From Spirogloea muscicola (lineage: Eukaryota): DNA of 49,614 nt. Made by a program: the position numbers and the translations under genes. This document shows, one piece after another, positions 47,357 to 49,614 of the stretch. Position 1 is the stretch's first letter. Each line of letters opens with the position of its first letter. Where the stretch lies: assembly GCA_009602725.1 (NCBI GenBank), contig WELB01000011.1:911463-961076 (forward strand), written 5' to 3'. The notes below the pieces were generated by a model. The model had not been told where the DNA came from and ran no database searches. It saw only the letters and a list, made by a program, of their open reading frames with translations.

Positions 47357-49614
47357 TCACAACATGGAGGTTGTGCAGTTGGGGGTTTGAAGGATGCCAT
47401 TTTGGCATAGGCCCCTTAATGCTGTCCTGTACATAGTGTCCCACACAGGTGCCCACCACTGGGGCACAAGTGCAAAGTGTGTGCAGTCACGTGCACCCAA
47501 GCTAAATGTCTTCACAAAGTGGTGCTCGGGGTAGTCCATCTCCCAGAACACCTTCTGCACCAGCACGCCCTCCTTTTCGGCCGCCTCATGCATGAGGTCA
47601 GCCCTCCAGTGCTGCCAGGAACACATGAAGTTAGATCCGAATCTGCCAGCAGGGGGCAGGGCTGAGGGACAGGGGGGTGGGTGCATCAGCAGCTCACTGA
47701 TGTTTCCAAGGCTTACGCCGGGATCACGAACAGCCTTGGCTGTGCAGGCCTCTGCTGCATACCTGGAGCTCCAGATTCGGAACAGCATAGCATTTGGAGA
47801 CCACCTCCAGTGGTTGCACATTGATGAAGACGTTCTGGTAGGTGCCAGAGCCATCCGAGGATGCAAAATGCTGCGGCAGTGTCTCTCGGAAAAAACCAAG
47901 CTTCCCTTTTTGCTGATTGAACTGGCCAAGCTTTGCCGCCAGGTACTGCAGGTGCTTGCGCAGATGCCGTGTCTGCGGTACATTGTAGTGAATCCCAAGA
48001 TTCAAAATAACCTGGCACAATTCAAGGGGCCACCTCAGGGGGGCGACAACACAGAAACGGCTCCTTGACGCACACGTGGGCCAATGTGCGCGCTGAGTTG
48101 ATGAGCATGCTTCGGCCGTACTTGGAGGGAAGGACGATTACCACGTCAGAAGTGGAGAGGATGTACTCAAACAACGCAGGCCAGAGCACATACTTCCAGT
48201 CCCGAAGGTCCTCGTGCTCCATCTGATAAGCTGGAATCATAAAGCGATGCCGTGTGAGCTATGCAAACACAGCCAAGAATTACCGCACAGCCGAAGGAAG
48301 GAGGAGCTCAAGTGGCTGTCAGGAATGACTACAAGAGGGAGGTAAGGGAGGCGACTTCACAAGCGTGAGCCACTACTGCAAGTCAGGAGTTGACGAGCTT
48401 CGTTGGTTGGTGGGGCACAGACATATACAATAGCACGCAGACTCTACAGTGCAGTCCAGCGGAAATGACTGCTGGCAGCGGGAGCAGGGGCTCACTCTCA
48501 AAGTAGGTCCACGTCATGTTACCAAAGGGGCCACTAAGCGTGTGCTTCCTGATGATGCTGTCACAGTCGTGCTGGAGCGTTCGCTTCTTGGCCCAGTAAT
48601 CTCGGACGCCATCCTCAAGCGGGATGAGGCGGCGTGGCGCATCAGCCAGCACGTCGTCTCGGGTGCCGTTGCAGTAGAAGCTGTTCGAGACACCACAGAG
48701 GCCATTCGAAACAGCAACAACAGTGTGAGCTGAGCGGCGAGAACTCCCGTGCACATGACAAGTTTGGGTTTGTCAGCAATCTGCTTGTTGAGCAGGCGAA
48801 GAGTGGGGTGGCACACTGTTGCCCACTGCCAAATAAGACGTAAGAGGAGAAGACACGGGCTTCTGATGGCGAGACAAAGCATCGCAGGCCAAGGAGCTGA
48901 GGCAGCCTCAGGGCTGCTCAAACACAGGGCAGGCAGCAGCGGCGGCAGCAACCGCTGGACCACCAGCAGCAGATATCAGCCCCTTATGAGAAACGGCAAG
49001 GACTCGGAATATAATGAGGGCCTCCGGCACCGTTCCAAGTGTCCATTCCTTTGGGCTGGCCTTTCCCAGCCACCAGTCAATCTTCAAGTTGCTGCTGTGA
49101 CTCTCCCGCTGACTGTCACCGTGCAGAAGAGACCGCCAAGGCGACCATTGCGACGGCCAGTGCCAGCGGCCTCGCAGCAGGAGTTCCTCACTAAGCCTGC
49201 CTCGCCTGATTGCTTCAGCTGGGCGGCGGCGGCGGCGGCGGCGGCTCACCTGTGGCGGACGGGCGAGACGAAGTCCTCGTAGCCGGCCTCCTGGAGGGCG
49301 ATGAGGAAGACCATGTGCAGGTGGCCCGACAGCGAGTCGCCCACCACCGACACCCGCTTCCCCCGCAGCAGCTGGCCCCGCCGCCACTCGCGCCGCCATC
49401 AGGGCCCCGCCGCCCGGCCATGGCGGCTCGCCGCAGCGGAGCGGGCGGCGGGAGGCCTGGCCTCACCAGCGCGGCGTCGACGGCGGAGTGAACGCGGGAG
49501 CCGTCGAGGCGCGCGAAGGCGCGGCGGCCCAGGCTGCCGCGCTTGGCGTACCACGCGTCGAAGTGCACGACGGGCGAGCCCTTGAGCGCGAACACGCGCG
49601 CCCAGCGGGCGTCG
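47357..49614 (-). CDS. TBL/PC-esterase-like (SGNH-type) O-acetyltransferase or esterase; 5' end beyond the window
   Basis: LRGKRVSVVGDSLS (~49330-49370), SDVVILNLGIHY, FFRETLPQHF and C-terminal DCTHF supply the GDS and DxxH motifs. Confidence 0.75.

Noticed and set aside
1..49614. Functional gene cluster or prokaryotic defence system
   Set aside because: The genes are spliced, functionally unrelated housekeeping loci, with no operon, cas, rRNA or tRNA evidence.

Overview
Eukaryotic nuclear DNA, intron-rich and GC-rich, with plant-type genes. It is most consistent with a streptophyte green alga (inference; species not determinable here). N-gaps fall mainly in GC-rich first exons. Ten spliced genes are supported, in order: RINT1/MAG2-like (-, with a 1-nt frameshift in its last exon), DUF1838 protein (-), CAAX/Abi protease (-), single-lobe transferrin-like protein (+), p300/CBP-type HAC acetyltransferase (+), COQ8/ABC1 kinase (-), FPA-like RRM-SPOC protein (-), ATG6/Beclin (-), RraA/HMG aldolase (+) and a TBL/PC-esterase-like protein (-, 5' end outside the window). 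Five intergenic patches hold nested 5'-truncated remnants of several subfamilies of CRE-like non-LTR retrotransposons with a restriction-like endonuclease (REL); their ORFs end in (T/S)RGY* or TCGY*. Some copies have CTTTC-starting target-site duplications (TSDs) and sit in a dispersed motif resembling the elements' own 3'UTR. The two most interesting signals are this apparently self-targeting retroelement system upstream of gene starts and a probably GPI-anchored transferrin lobe lacking three of four iron ligands. All calls come from reading the sequence by eye; no searches were run.
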